Below the pieces are notes generated by a model. That model saw only the letters and a program-made list of their open reading frames with translations. It was not told the origin of the DNA and searched no databases. Position numbers and translations under genes: made by a program. Positions 1 through 14,030 of a DNA stretch of 64,000 bases are shown in pieces (the stretch's first letter is position 1; each line of letters begins with the position of its first letter). This stretch comes from the human T2T-CHM13v2.0 reference genome, Homo sapiens: the NCBI RefSeq assembly GCF_009914755.1, contig NC_060937.1; one strand, written 5' to 3'.

Positions 1-89
1 GTAACTGTGCTTTTCCGCACTTCCCAAATTTTTTACAATCCATGCAAATTTCATTTATAACTAAAAAAGATGGATGGAAAATACGTTAT

Positions 90-195
90 GCTATTGATAC
101 AATAAATATTCCTTGAGCACCTAGGATGTATTAGGTACTGTGCTTGGCACCAGCAGCAAATAAGACAAAATCCTTGCCTTCATTTTGCTTATATT
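90..195 (-). mobile_element. L2 LINE 3' end remnant
   Basis: 'aataaatattccttgagcacctaggatgtattaggtactgtgcttggcac...aagacaaaatccttgccttca' resembles the recalled L2 3' terminus. Confidence 0.55.
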
Positions 196-2244
196 ATAGA
201 ATTGTTATTTTGATGAAACCTGTTATCATCATGTCGGCATCCATGTCAAGCTAATGGGCACTATTGGACTCACAGGCAACTAAAACTTACTTTTAAAAGT
301 AAACTGTTAAGTTGATCCTGTCCTTGGAAAGTGGATTTTTTTTTTCATCAGATAGGTTCAGTGTCTTGAGATGTCTGTATTTCAGGAGTTTTAATTCTGA
401 CAAAAAGTATACTAGTTGTCCTTTCTAGCTTTGAGACCCTTGTGAATTATTCAAGCATATTTTCTCTGGCTTTATTCAGGCTAACACTAGAGGTGTTGAC
501 AGAATAGCACCAAGTTTGGGGCTCTAGAGAAGACCTCAGAGTCCCACATTCAAGTCCTGATGCTTGAATACACTGCAGGTGTGTCTGCTCCAATAGTGGA
601 TTCATGTACTGTATACATCTACTAGGGAGTTATGAAAGATTTTTCCAAAAGATTTACTTACAGTAGGAGACGTTGTACTTATGGCATCCTCCTATGAACC
701 AGTTTAGCAACTCTGTCAAAGAAGGAAATGAGGTCTGATGAGCCTATCTCATTCTTTCCCATACCGTTTCTTAGAGTCCGCTGCCTGTGTGCAAAATGTT
801 TTCTAAATACCCACAAACCATCTGTTAAGTAATTCGTTATAGCATTTCCCTGGTGAATAATATTAAGTTCATCTGTCTACAATTAGGAATTTGCTTTTTT
901 GTAAATCAGAACAATATTTTCCCATAACAAGGTCCTTGATGGGCTGAGTGGAGAATCACAAATACCTTGATAGGTGGTCCTTGAGATGGAAAATCGTCTC
1001 TAATCCTGACTAGCCCGAAGACCATGGAAGTGTCTTGGCCTCTCTGTTGTCCTGAAGGCCCTCAGAGAGAGGTGAACTCTGTTAATTAAACACTCTTCAT
1101 CTAAAACAAAGCATGCCAGCACAGGGAGATTACAGAAGGACCATAAATGTGAATTTTATTTTGCATTTAAAAAGCCATGCTTTATCCAATTGACATGTTG
1201 GAAAAAAGATTGATGGGGGGACTTCTTAAGAACACGAGAGGGGCTGGTAATTTGCATATTAATTTATGTACCCAAAATGAATGCAGACAGCCATAAAATG
1301 CACTTGTAATAATTATACTACCATTGAACTGTGGGCTTTTAATTAAATGGAATGTTTTTATCTTGTGTTTTTCACGTTAACCATGTTGCTATGGATGTCA
1401 AGCTGTTCTTGCAAATCAAAGCGGTGGAGATGCCTGATCCTGGGCTTTCATCACTCCCAGCCGAAGTGGCTTGCATTCCAGGGCTGTGGCAGCTGGGTCT
1501 GGGGCTCAGGGACAGCTCTGGGCACCTCTGTTTTATGCATACTTTAAAGGAGGGCAGTGGAGACCCAGCTCGGTCGAACTGGCCCTGAACAGGCATGACA
1601 AACCTAGGCTTTGGAAATGAGAAAAGAACGATGCTTGCAACCTGTGAGCCTTTTAAGTAAGTCAGAAAATGAAACCCTGGGTGTGCTTCTTGAGACATGT
1701 TTGCACCGTTTGTCGGTGCCGTTATTTTGATCTCCACTTTCATTGTGGGCATATTAGTGTTTAAGACAGCAGCTACGTTATCCAAATGATCATTTTCATG
1801 CTTTTCGATGCAGTAGCAAGAATGCTCTCCCTACTTCCCTCCATTTTTTTTTCTCCAAATAGCTGTTAAGTGGAGCCGCTTGTGACTGATATAAATAATT
1901 GCCATTGCGTTTTGATGATCTGGGCTGGACACACTTAACCTCTTGTTTTGTAATCTGAGTTGCATGGTACCGGTCCATTATTTTCATGGCAATTGCACAG
2001 ACTCGGCACATCCAAGCATTGTCAACCAGCTCTGTCTCCCAGAAGGGGTTCAGGGCTCTAGATGAGGGGTTGGAGAATGCCTTTGTTGATAGAAAATGAG
2101 TAGCGTACAGGCACTATTCATATGTCCAAGGGAATTAACAAGGGAGAGTGATATCAGATATATGCAAGGCGTTTTTGTTCACTGTGACTTTTGCTACAAC
2201 TTGGGCACCCAGCAACTTTTTACAGTGGCTCTGCACCGTATCCA

Positions 2245-2740
2245 TCTCTTTTGGTTATAAGTAACAAAAGCAAGTTAATTATTAGGGACACAGGTAGGTG
2301 TGTTTCATGCAATTTAAGGGCAGGGATGGCACTGGGATTCAGAAATGATCACTAAAGAAACTGGGAATTTGATAAAAACCCAAAGAATATTCTGCTCCTC
2401 TCTTGGCTTCTCTTTCCCTCTGTGGTGAGTGCTTCATTCTTTTCTATTGGCAGAATGGCTTTCCCCACTGCTCTGCCCTCAGGGCAGGCAGAGCAGAGGT
2501 GACCAAGGCCTCCCAAGTGCTGATCCAGCCTCACAGTGTGTCACTGTCCCAGTCACTCTTTCACTTCCTCAATTCCAAGTTCCAGAGAAGGGACCCTGGC
2601 CCAGCCTCGATCTATTGCCTAGCCTCTGGTTCAGTCTTAGGGGGCCAGGGTGGTTGTGTATGTGCCTATGTGTGTTGTGTGTGTGCGTGTGCGTGCATGC
2701 ATGCATGCATCTGCATGTGGAACAGGGCGGGCTGGCAAAT
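2245..2740 (-). mobile_element. old MaLR LTR (MLT1K/L-like) remnant
   Basis: 'ttggttataagtaacaaaa' near the start and 'aattccaagttccagagaagggaccctggcccagcct' resemble late MLT1 LTRs; highly diverged. Confidence 0.4.
2346..2568 (+). repeat. direct repeat copy A (~223 bp)
   Basis: Aligns by eye to 3823-4046 at about 90% identity. Confidence 0.95.
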
Positions 2741-3822
2741 ATGACTGTGAATAGGTGAGGACAGTTAATGACACACCAGGTGTCCTTGTCTGCATGTCTC
2801 TACTGCTTTTTAATTTGACACATTCAACTGACTTCATCAAGGAATTTTCCTAATACTTTAGATGATCATGAAAACCAGGATCATCATGGTGAGGTCTTGG
2901 CAATTCATATCTTTTTAGAGCTAAGAAAGCGCTAAATACATTATATGTTCTTCAAATGAGTCACTTGGAAGAGCATTAATGTGACCACAGTCTGGTACCC
3001 AGAGTTGACAAGTGAGGAGGGAACACAAAGGGGTAGTGACCTCTCAGGTTGAGTCCAAGATGCTTCCGAGAGCTAGATCAACACCAACACACCATTTCTC
3101 CCGACGTAAAAGAGAGATTTGGTCAGAGAGCACTCTGAAATTTTACCCATCATACACTGAGCAGTCCGCTAAAGAGTCTGATTATACCTATAGTAAAAAC
3201 ATTGAAAGGAGGGCCACAGATTTTATCTGTCATTCTGCAATCTCCTAAATTTTAGTTTCTTCTTTGCCCTACTGTTTCAACCTCTCCTCTCCCTCTTTTT
3301 CAGCATCCCAAGTTGTTGTGAGATGAGGAACATATTTTATGGTTTTTGTACCATATTTGCCTGAAATCCTCAAAAGATGCAAACTTTTTTTAAGCTGTGA
3401 AAAGCTGAAGAAGGGAATAGCTGTAACTGTGAAGTTTTAATTATTGCTATTATGGAATGAATTATCAGGGAATAATCAAAACATACATTTCTATCTAACC
3501 CAAGACACAAGATAAATAAGAAGCTACAATGGTGCCAGGATTCATCAAGGAACTTGGAGTTATTCTGTCACCTTCATCATTATAAATCCTGAGTGACATT
3601 ATCATGGAAGGTGCAGAGGCCTTGCCAGGGAAGCTCACACCCAATGGGTGGATGGGGGAATGGGAGAGGGGGCAGGGCAGATGGTTGCCTCTGTATAGAC
3701 TGTGCGTGCGTGCACATGTTGGGAGACACCAACATCCTCTTCTCCATGTGTTTTTGATTGGCTGGAAAATAAGATAAAAAGAGGCACCAGTGAGAAAATG
3801 GAAGGATCACCCTTGTCACTGG

Positions 3823-4046
3823 TGATCATTAAAAAAAGCTGGGAATTTGATAAAAACCCAAGGACTGTTCTGCCCATCTCTTGGCTTCTTTTTCCCTCTG
3901 TCGTGAGTGCTTCATTCTTTTCTCTTGGCAGAATGGCTTTCCCTGCTGCTGTGCCCTCAGGGCAGGCAGAGTGGAGACTACCAAGACCTCCCAAGTGCTG
4001 ATCCAGCCTCACAGTATGTCTCTGTCCCAGTCACTCTTTCACTTCC
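3823..4046 (+). repeat. direct repeat copy B (~224 bp)
   Basis: Aligns to 2346-2568; near-identical spurious ORFs in the track (2352..2534 and 3635..4012, both starting MRLDQHLGGLG). Confidence 0.95.
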
Positions 4047-4246
4047 CGTGGGCAGGGGGACTGGCAGGTATTGGACATGTGTGAGCCCACATGGGTAGGG
4101 TGCCTTTTTCCTCCTCAGTACACTTTGGAAGAGGCTTCTGGGAGCAAGCAGAGTCTGCAGGTGCCCATACTTAGGTAGACGGCTGTTTCCATGAGTCCAG
4201 TGAAGAAGAGAAAGGGGGCAGATTCCGCCCTCCTCTAATGAGAATC

Positions 4247-4530
<284 letters not shown>

Positions 4531-5960
4531 TAATAGTTTAGCTTCATACAATGGAGAATTTGAACCAAACCAACCAGGTAAGTCATTCTACCTGCATGAG
4601 GAGGAGCTAGTGGTGGGGTGGAGGCCAGGAGTGTTTGGGTATTTTCCTCACAAAAATCAGTAGCAGGAAAACAGTACAACAGCCACTGCTTTGATCCTCC
4701 ACTTTATGCCCGGCACAGATCACAGTACCTGGCACTCAGAAAGGATGAATGGAGAAACTTACAAATGCCTGTCCCTGAAAAATAATAGGCACCCCATAAA
4801 CACTCATTGAGTCCATAAATGCTTAAATGCTCTAGGCAACAAATTGACCCTGGAGATAATTGTAAAATATTATAGTAATAATTTGATTCTGACCACATGC
4901 TACGTCCTTTTGGAACTCTCAAGAAAGGCAACCCACAGAGCCTGCCTCAGTACCAGGGACATGGATTTTGGTCTCTTGAGATTCTGATTTTTGGGACTGT
5001 GGCAGGCAAGCACCAGCAAGTTGTCTATGCAGGTCCTGAGACTGACCCATCCACATCAGAAGGGCCAAGTGCTGCTGGAACGGGGTTGTGCGTGAGGCAG
5101 TCACCATTCAACGACGGGGTGGACGCAACTGTTCTTTTCTCTATTCCCTAAATCCTAATTAACCACATGTAGAGTCACCATCCAATGGCCAATACCATGG
5201 CTGCTGATGTTTGGGCTCCAAGCACCCAAAGTGGATTCTGTAGTTATCTTGACTAGGAGGGGGATTGGATACAAATAATTGGCATTAATTTGGTGACTGA
5301 AGGTGCGATTATATATCATTCTAGTTTTTAATGCAGCTTATTGCAAAGAAAAGACTTCCCTTTCGTGCATTTCAGTGTTTGAGTTTAGGTTTCCTCATTT
5401 CTTAAAGCTCTTTAAGCATATATACAGGAACAGTATTTCTAGGAGTGTAAATTTTGGCAGATCACACCATTTTCCTTCCTCAGCCTCTGGGCAAAAATTT
5501 CTGATAGTTAAATGAGACATACATTTAGCAATTATAATTATTTAGTGCAGATCACTTATAAAACCACCTTTTGAAGTGGGTCTAGTTAACTTTTTGTTTC
5601 AACGCAGGTACTCTGCATTAGATGGGCAGTGCCAACTGTTCTCCTGGCCACACTGGGCCATGTGGCCCAGTCACTCCTGAAGTGGAGCCACTTCCTTTGC
5701 CCCAGAGAGTCACTCCAAATTCAGGGTGAAGTGAAATTACCCTGGTTATAGTCTCATCATGGAAGGCAAATGGAGAGCAGCTCAATGCGACATGGGTTCC
5801 AAGTCTGTGAAGCCTCAGGGGACGCTGAAACATTTTCTCATTTGCCTGTGACTTCTGTCGTGTCTTTGAGAGTCAGGAAAACTCGGGCCTAAGGTGACTG
5901 TCCTGCTGATGGGGCAGTTTCTCTTTCTACCTCAGCTCACAGGGTATGTTTACAATAAGC

Positions 5961-6414
5961 TGATATGGGTTGAATTGTGTCCCTCGAAAAGATATGCTAA
6001 AGCCCTAACCCCTAGTACCTCAGAATGTGACTTCATCTGGAAATAGGGTGGTTCCAGATGTAATGAGTTATGATGAAGTCATACTCATCGTAGGGTGGAC
6101 CCTGCTTTAATACGACTAGTGTCCTTACAAGAAGATAGCCCCATAAAGACAGAGACACACAGGGAGAAGGCAAGGGGATGGCGAAGGCAGGGATTGGAGT
6201 GATGCAGCTGCCAGCCAAGGATTGCTAAGAGTTGCCAGCCACCCTCAGAAGCTGGGAGAGTCAAGGATGCATCCTATTCAGTCCCAGAGGAGGCATTGCC
6301 GTGCCGACACCTGGATCTTTGACTTCCAGCACTCTGAGTAAGAGAATGAGTTTCCATTGCTGCAAGCCACCTAATTTGTGGTGCTTTGTTATAGTGCCAT
6401 AGCAAAGGAATGCA
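5961..6414 (+). mobile_element. MaLR solo LTR, MLT1C-like
   Basis: TG..CA termini, 'gggttgaattgtgtccc...tacctcagaatgtgac', 3' 'aagccacctaatttgtggtgctttgttatag'; 5-bp TSD taagc/gaagc. Confidence 0.85.
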
Positions 6415-6495
6415 GAAGCGTTCAGTCCTATAAAGTGACCTCTGCAGCCTCTTCCTTGAGATCTGCAGAGGTCACTTCACAGGACTGAGTGCATC

Positions 6496-6867
6496 TGTAT
6501 CAGTTTGCTAAGTGTGTTATAACAAAGTACCTGAAACTGGGTGGCTTCAACAACAGAGATTTATTTTCTCATAATTCTGGAGGCCTGAAGTCCAAGATCC
6601 AGGTATCAGCAGGGTTGTTTTCTTCTTGGCTTGTGGATGGCCATCTTCTCCTGTGTGTTCACGTGGTCCTCCCTCTGTGTGTTTCTGTGTCGTAATCTCT
6701 TCTTAGAAGGATGTCAGTCCTGTTGGATTAGGATCTAACCCAGTGACCTCATTTTACCTCAATTCTCTCTCTAAAGACCCTGTCTCCAAACATGGTGATG
6801 TTCTGAGTTACTGTAATTAAGGACTTCAACATGCAAATTTTGGGGGTGACACATTTCAGCCCTAGCA
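6496..6867 (-). mobile_element. MaLR solo LTR, MLT1B-like
   Basis: 'ataacaaagtacc..aaactgggtggcttcaacaacagagatttattttctca...ggacttcaacat..atttt gggggtgacac'. Confidence 0.85.
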
Positions 6868-8251
6868 GTCCCCTGACTAGTATGTATTCGTTGAGGGAAT
6901 GAACTGTGTTTCATGCACCTGGGTACCTGCAGAACCTCATGTGGAACAAAAGTCAGTGCTTAAAGCCTTTGATTCTTAAGGGAAAAACAAAAATAGGACA
7001 AATCTGATTTCTGCTTCTGTGCTCACTCTATATAGGCCCTCAGTCCCACAGTGAAATCTAGGGTCCATGGTGAAAATGTGCATATGGGAAGATGAGGATG
7101 GCGGGGGGACGAGACAGACACACTGGATAGGAATAGGTACGCTGGCACATAGCAATAATAGTTATGACATGTGGCTTTTTGTTGTTGTTTGTGTAATGCT
7201 CGTAACTATTAGAGTTGTGTAATGGAAATTTGTCCACATACGTATCATGTTTTGTAATCAAGACCACGATGTGATAGAAAGCAGAGGGAGAAGACATGGC
7301 CTCCTCCTGGGAGTTCCTGTCTTTCTCTGCTGTTTCCAAACAGCCCCAGCTGCCCATGCTGTGCAGAGCTGGGCTTCAGCTTATCTCTGTAGCTTTCTTC
7401 TGCCCACCCTGTTGCTGGGTGTCCCAGTCCAGCCAGATGCACGGAGGTGCTGGGCCAGCCTGTGGCTATTTTACTCTCAGAATTTGTAAGCAACTACTTA
7501 CAAATATGAATTCATTTCCCCCAAAATACATAAGTAGGAGCAGATGTAGTTGACCTGTGAAAATATGTTGGTGCCGACATGAAAGAAGTGGATCTTTTAT
7601 TCTTTTTCTTTTATTTTTTAAAAAATAAATTCCATCATGTATATTTAAGGTCTACAGCATATTATACAATACATATAGATAGTAAAACAGTTACTATCAT
7701 GAAGCAAATTAGTATTCCAACCTATTACATAGTTACTCTATTTTTTTTTTTTGTGGCAAAAACAGCTAAAATCCACTCATTTAGCATGAGTCCCATCTCC
7801 AGCACAAGTTTGTTACCTACAGTACTCGTGTTGTACATTGGATTCTCAGACTTGCTCGTCTGACATATCTGCTGTTTCGAATCCTCTGATGTGACATCTC
7901 CCCATTTCCTCCCCTGCCCCCAGTAGCCACTGTTTTGTCCTCTATCTCTATCTCTGAATATTTGATTTTTTTTTTTTTTTTTACTCTACGTGATATCATA
8001 CAATATTTTCTTTCTCAGTCTGGCTTATTTCTCTTACAGTAATGTCCTTCAGCCTCATCCATGTTGTGGCAAATGGCAAGACCTTGTTCTTTTTTAGGGA
8101 TGAATAATATTCCATCGTATGTAGGTAGCACAGGTTCTTTATCCATTTTCCATTGCTGGATGCTTACATTGTTTCCGTATCTTGGCTGTTGTGAAGAATG
8201 CTGCAGGGAACGTGGGAGTGCAGATGATGTCTTTATGAGGTGGTGATTTCA

Positions 8252-8839
<588 letters not shown>

Positions 8840-9075
8840 CTATTGATAATTTTTCTGTCTTCTTTGAAGAAATGTCCATTCAGGTCTGTTGCCTATTTTT
8901 TAATTCAGTTATTTGTTTTCCCATTATTGAGTTGTATGAGTTCTTTATGAATTTTGGATATTAACTTCTTGTACATATCTTTTACGAATATTTTTACCCC
9001 AATTTGTAGGCTGCTGTTTAATTTTGTTGATTATTTCCTTTGCTGTGTGGAAGCTTGTTAGTTTGATGTAGTCCC

Positions 9076-9077
9076 AT

Positions 9078-9116
<39 letters not shown>

Positions 9117-9119
9117 TTT
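9076..9119. repeat. (ATTT)11 microsatellite
   Basis: Perfect tetranucleotide array inside the L1. Confidence 0.95.
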
Positions 9120-9475
9120 TTGCTTGTGTGGCCTAAGCTTTTGGTGTGATATCCAAAAAATCACTGTCAAGGCCAATATCTAGAAAACTTTCTCCTATGT
9201 TCTCTTCCATAATTTCTGGTTTTATATTTAGGTCTTTTATCTATTTCAGCTTGATTTTTGTGTATGATATAAGGGTTCAGTTTCATTCTTTTGCATTTGG
9301 AAATCAGTTTTCCTGGCAACATTTATCAAAGAGATACCTCATTGTATCCTCTTGGTGTCTTTGCCATAAATTGATTGACTATGTATATTTCAATGTATTT
9401 CTGCACTCTGTATTCTGTTCTACCAGACTGTGTGTCAGTGCTATACTATTTTGATAACTATAGCTTTGCTATATT

Positions 9476-9990
9476 ATTTTATTTTATTTTTGAGACAGGG
9501 TCTCACACTGTCACCCAGGCTGGAGTGCAGTGGCATAATCTTGGCTTATTACAGCCTTGACCTCCTGGTCTCAAGTGATCCTCCCACCTCAGTCTCCTGA
9601 GTAGTTGGGACTACAGACATGCACCACCATGCCCAACTAGTTTTTATTTTATTTTTAATTTATTTTATTTTATTTTATTTTATTTTTTGAGATGGAGTCT
9701 TGTTCTGTCACCAGGCTGGTGTGATCTTGGCTCACTGCAACCTCCCACTCCCTGGTTCGAGCAATTCTCCTTCCTCAGCCTCCGAGTTGCTGGAATTACA
9801 GGCACGTGCCACCACACCCAGCTAATTTTTGTATTTTCAGTAGAGACGGGGTTTCACCATGTTGTCCAGGATGGTCTCGATCTCCTGACCTCGTGATCCA
9901 CCTGCCTCGGCCTCCCAAAGTGCTGGGATTACAGGTGTGAGCCACCGAGGCCGGCCTTTTTGTTTTAATTTTTGTAGAGACAAGTTCTCA
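9476..9990 (-). mobile_element. AluJ interrupted in its A-rich linker by a younger Alu; left arm mostly missing
   Basis: AluJ-type right arm ('gagacagggtctc', 'cagccttgacctcctgg'); resumes at ~9957 'tttttgtagagacaagttctca' and then stops. Confidence 0.8.
9660..9956 (-). mobile_element. AluS (Sc-like) nested in AluJ
   Basis: 'ccaggatggtctcgatctcctgacctcgtgatcc', 'actccctggttc'. Confidence 0.9.
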
Positions 9991-10414
9991 TTATGGTGGA
10001 AATATTTTCCTATTTCAATGAAGAATGCCGTTGGTATATTGATAGGGATTGTGTTGAATCTGTGTATTGCTTTGGGTGGTATGGACATTTTAACAATATT
10101 AACTCTTCCAATCCACGAACATGAGCTGTCTTTCTATTTATTTGTATCTTCTTCAATTTCTTTCATTAAGGTTTTATAGTTTTCAATGTACAGATTTTTC
10201 GCCTCCTTGGTAAGATCTATTTCTAGATTTTTAAAAATGCTATCATAAATGGGATTGTTTTCTTGATTTATTTTTCAGTTAGATTGTTATTTGTATATAA
10301 AAATGCTACTGATTTTTGTATGTCGTCTTTGTAACCTGAAACTTTACTGAATTCATTTATTATTTCTAACTTTTTTGTGTGTGTGGATACTTCGTTTTTT
10401 TCTTACAGGTAGGA

Positions 10415-10706
10415 TCATGTCATCTGCAAATAGAGATCTTTTACTTTTATTTCTTCTTCCTGTTTGATTGATCTTGCTAGTACTTCTAGTACTATGTTGA
10501 ATAGAAGTGACAAGAATGGGCATCCTTGTCTTGTACTGTATCGCAGTGAAAAAGTCTTCAGTTTTCTCTCATAGCTTAAAATGTTAGCTGTGGGTTTTTC
10601 ATAAATGGCCTTTGTTATGTTGAGGAACTTTTCTTCTATACCTAAAGTGTTGAGAGCTTTTATCAAGAAAGACTGCTGGGCTTTGTCAAATGTATTTTCA
10701 GCATCA
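10415..10706 (-). pseudogene. L1 ORF2 reverse transcriptase remnant
   Basis: Translation DAENTFDK...[11 protein letters not shown]...TRQGCP matches L1 RT motifs (DAEKAFDK, GTRQGCPLSP); disrupted. Confidence 0.9.
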
Positions 10707-11546
10707 TACCAATTTGTTGCCATGTATTTGTTCATAACGGTCCCTTATTATCTTTTTTAATTTGTGAGGTGTCTGTTGAAATTTCTTCACTTTTATCTTT
10801 GATTTTATTTATTTGAGTTGACAATCAGTTGAGATGATCATGTGGTTTTAACTTTCATTCTGTTAATGTAATGTAATGTGTTGATTGCTTTGTGTACGTT
10901 AAACAAGTCTTGCATACCAAGGATAAATCTCATTTTTATGCTGTATAATCTTTTTGATTTGTTGTTGGATTGGTTTGCTGGTATTTTATTGAGGATTTTT
11001 GCATCAATGGCCCTCAGAGAAACTGGCCTGTAGTTTTCTTTTCTTGTGATACCTTTGTCTGGCTTAGATATCAGGTGATGCTGGCAGTATTCCCTTTATA
11101 TCTATTTTGTAGAGGAGTATAAGAATTATTGTTATTTTTTTGAATATTTAGTAGAGTTCAGCTGTGAAGCCATCTGGGCCTGGGATATTTTTTGATAGGA
11201 GTTTTTTTTTATTATTACTTATTCAATCTTATTATTTGTTATTGACATATTCAGGCTTTTTATTTCTTCCTGACTGAATCTTGGTAGGTTGTATTTTTCT
11301 ATGAATTTATCCGTTTCCTCTCGGTTATCTAATTCATTGGCATATATTTGTTCATGACAGTCCCTTATTATCTTTTTTAAAATTTCTGGGGTGTCTTGAA
11401 ATTTCTTCAGTTTTATTTTTGATTTTTGATTCACTTATTGGAGTCTTTTCTCTTTTTTACTTAGACTAGCTAAGGTTTTGTCAATTTTGTTTATTTTTTC
11501 CAAAAACTATCTCTTAGTTTTTTTATGTTCTCTATTGATTTACTGA

Positions 11547-12132
<586 letters not shown>

Positions 12133-12401
12133 TGAAGAAAAATGTGTATTCTGCTGCCGTTGGATGGAATGTTCTATATGTGTCTGTTACACCAGTTGGT
12201 CAAAAGTGAAATTCTAAGTCCAGTATTTCCTTATTAGTTTTCTGTCTGATTGATTGATACATTGTTGAAAGGGGGTTTTATTGATTATTTGTATGGTTTT
12301 TATATTCTTTGATTTATTTCTGTTTTGATTTTTATTATTTTCTTTATTTTGCTAATTTTGGGTTTAGCACGTTCTTCTTTTTCTAGTTCCTTGAGGCATA
12401 A

Positions 12402-12741
<340 letters not shown>

Positions 12742-13793
12742 TCCATTAACATTTGCTTTAGGTTTTAGGTGCTCCAGTTTTGGATACATATATTTCCAAT
12801 GGTTATGTCCTCTAATGAATTGACCCCTTTATCATTGAATAATGATTTTCTTTGTCTCTTGCAACATTTTTTCACTTGAAGTCTATTTTATCAGGTATAA
12901 GTATAGCTACCCCTACTGTGTTTTAATTACCATTTGCATGGAATATCTTCTTCCACTATTTCACTTTCAGCCTATGTATGTCCTTAAAGTTTAAGCGTAT
13001 CTCTTATAAGGAGGTAACATATAGTTAGGCCTTGTTTTTAATTTTTTAAATCCATTCAGCCACTCTATGTCTTTTGATTAAAGATTTTAATTTATTTACA
13101 TTCAAGGTTATTATTGATATGTAAGGACTTACTACTGCCATTTTGTCATTTGTTTTCTGGTTGTTTTGTAGCTCCTTTGTTCCTTTCTTTCTCTCTTGTT
13201 CTCTATTTTTGTGATGTGATAATTTTCTGTAAGCTTTGATTTCTTTCTGTTTATCATTTATATATCTACTGTAGCTTTTTGTTTTGTGGTTACCATTAGA
13301 CTTACATAAAACATCTTAGAGTTGTAATCTACTATTTTAAGCTGATAACAACTTAGATCATGTAAAAAACTCTATATTTTACCCTGCCCTCCCACAATTT
13401 ATGTTTTTGATGTCACAATTTACATCTTTTATATTGTGTATTCCTTAACAACTTATTGTAGTTTTAGTTATTTTTGACCATTTTGACTTTTATGCTTCAT
13501 ACTAGAGATATGTGTAATTTATATACCACCGTTATAGTACTGGAGTATTCTGGATTTGATTATGTACTTACTTCTACCAGTAGTTTTATACTTTCATATG
13601 TATTCATGATAGTAAATATTCTCCTTTTTTTGTTTTTGCTTGAAGAGCTTCATTAAGCATTTGTTGTAAAGCAGGCCTATGGTAATGAATTCCTTTGTCT
13701 TTTGCTTGCCTGTGAAAGACTTTATTTGTCTTTCATTTCTGAAGGATAGCTTTGCTTGGTATAGTATTCTTGGCTAAGAGTATTTTTTTTCTT

Positions 13794-14030
13794 TCAGAAT
13801 TTTGAATATATTATCCTATTCTCCTTTGGCCTGCAAGGCGTCTGCTGAGAAATCCACTGATAGTCTGACAGATATTTCCTTATACGTGATTTGGCACTTT
13901 TCTCTTGCTGCTTTAAAAATTTTCTCATTTCTTTGACTATTGACAGTTTGATTATAATGTGTCTCAGAGAACATCTCTTTGGGTTGAATCTATTTAGGAA
14001 CCTTTGAGCTTCAAGGATCTGGGTGTCCAT
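13794..14030 (-). pseudogene. L1 ORF1 remnant
   Basis: EAQRFLNRFNPKRCSLRHIIIKLS resembles the L1 ORF1p RRM/CTD junction. Confidence 0.85.

Noticed and set aside
1347-1785. Overlapping ORFs up to 137 aa
   Set aside because: No recognisable domain and no supported splice structure; consistent with chance ORFs.
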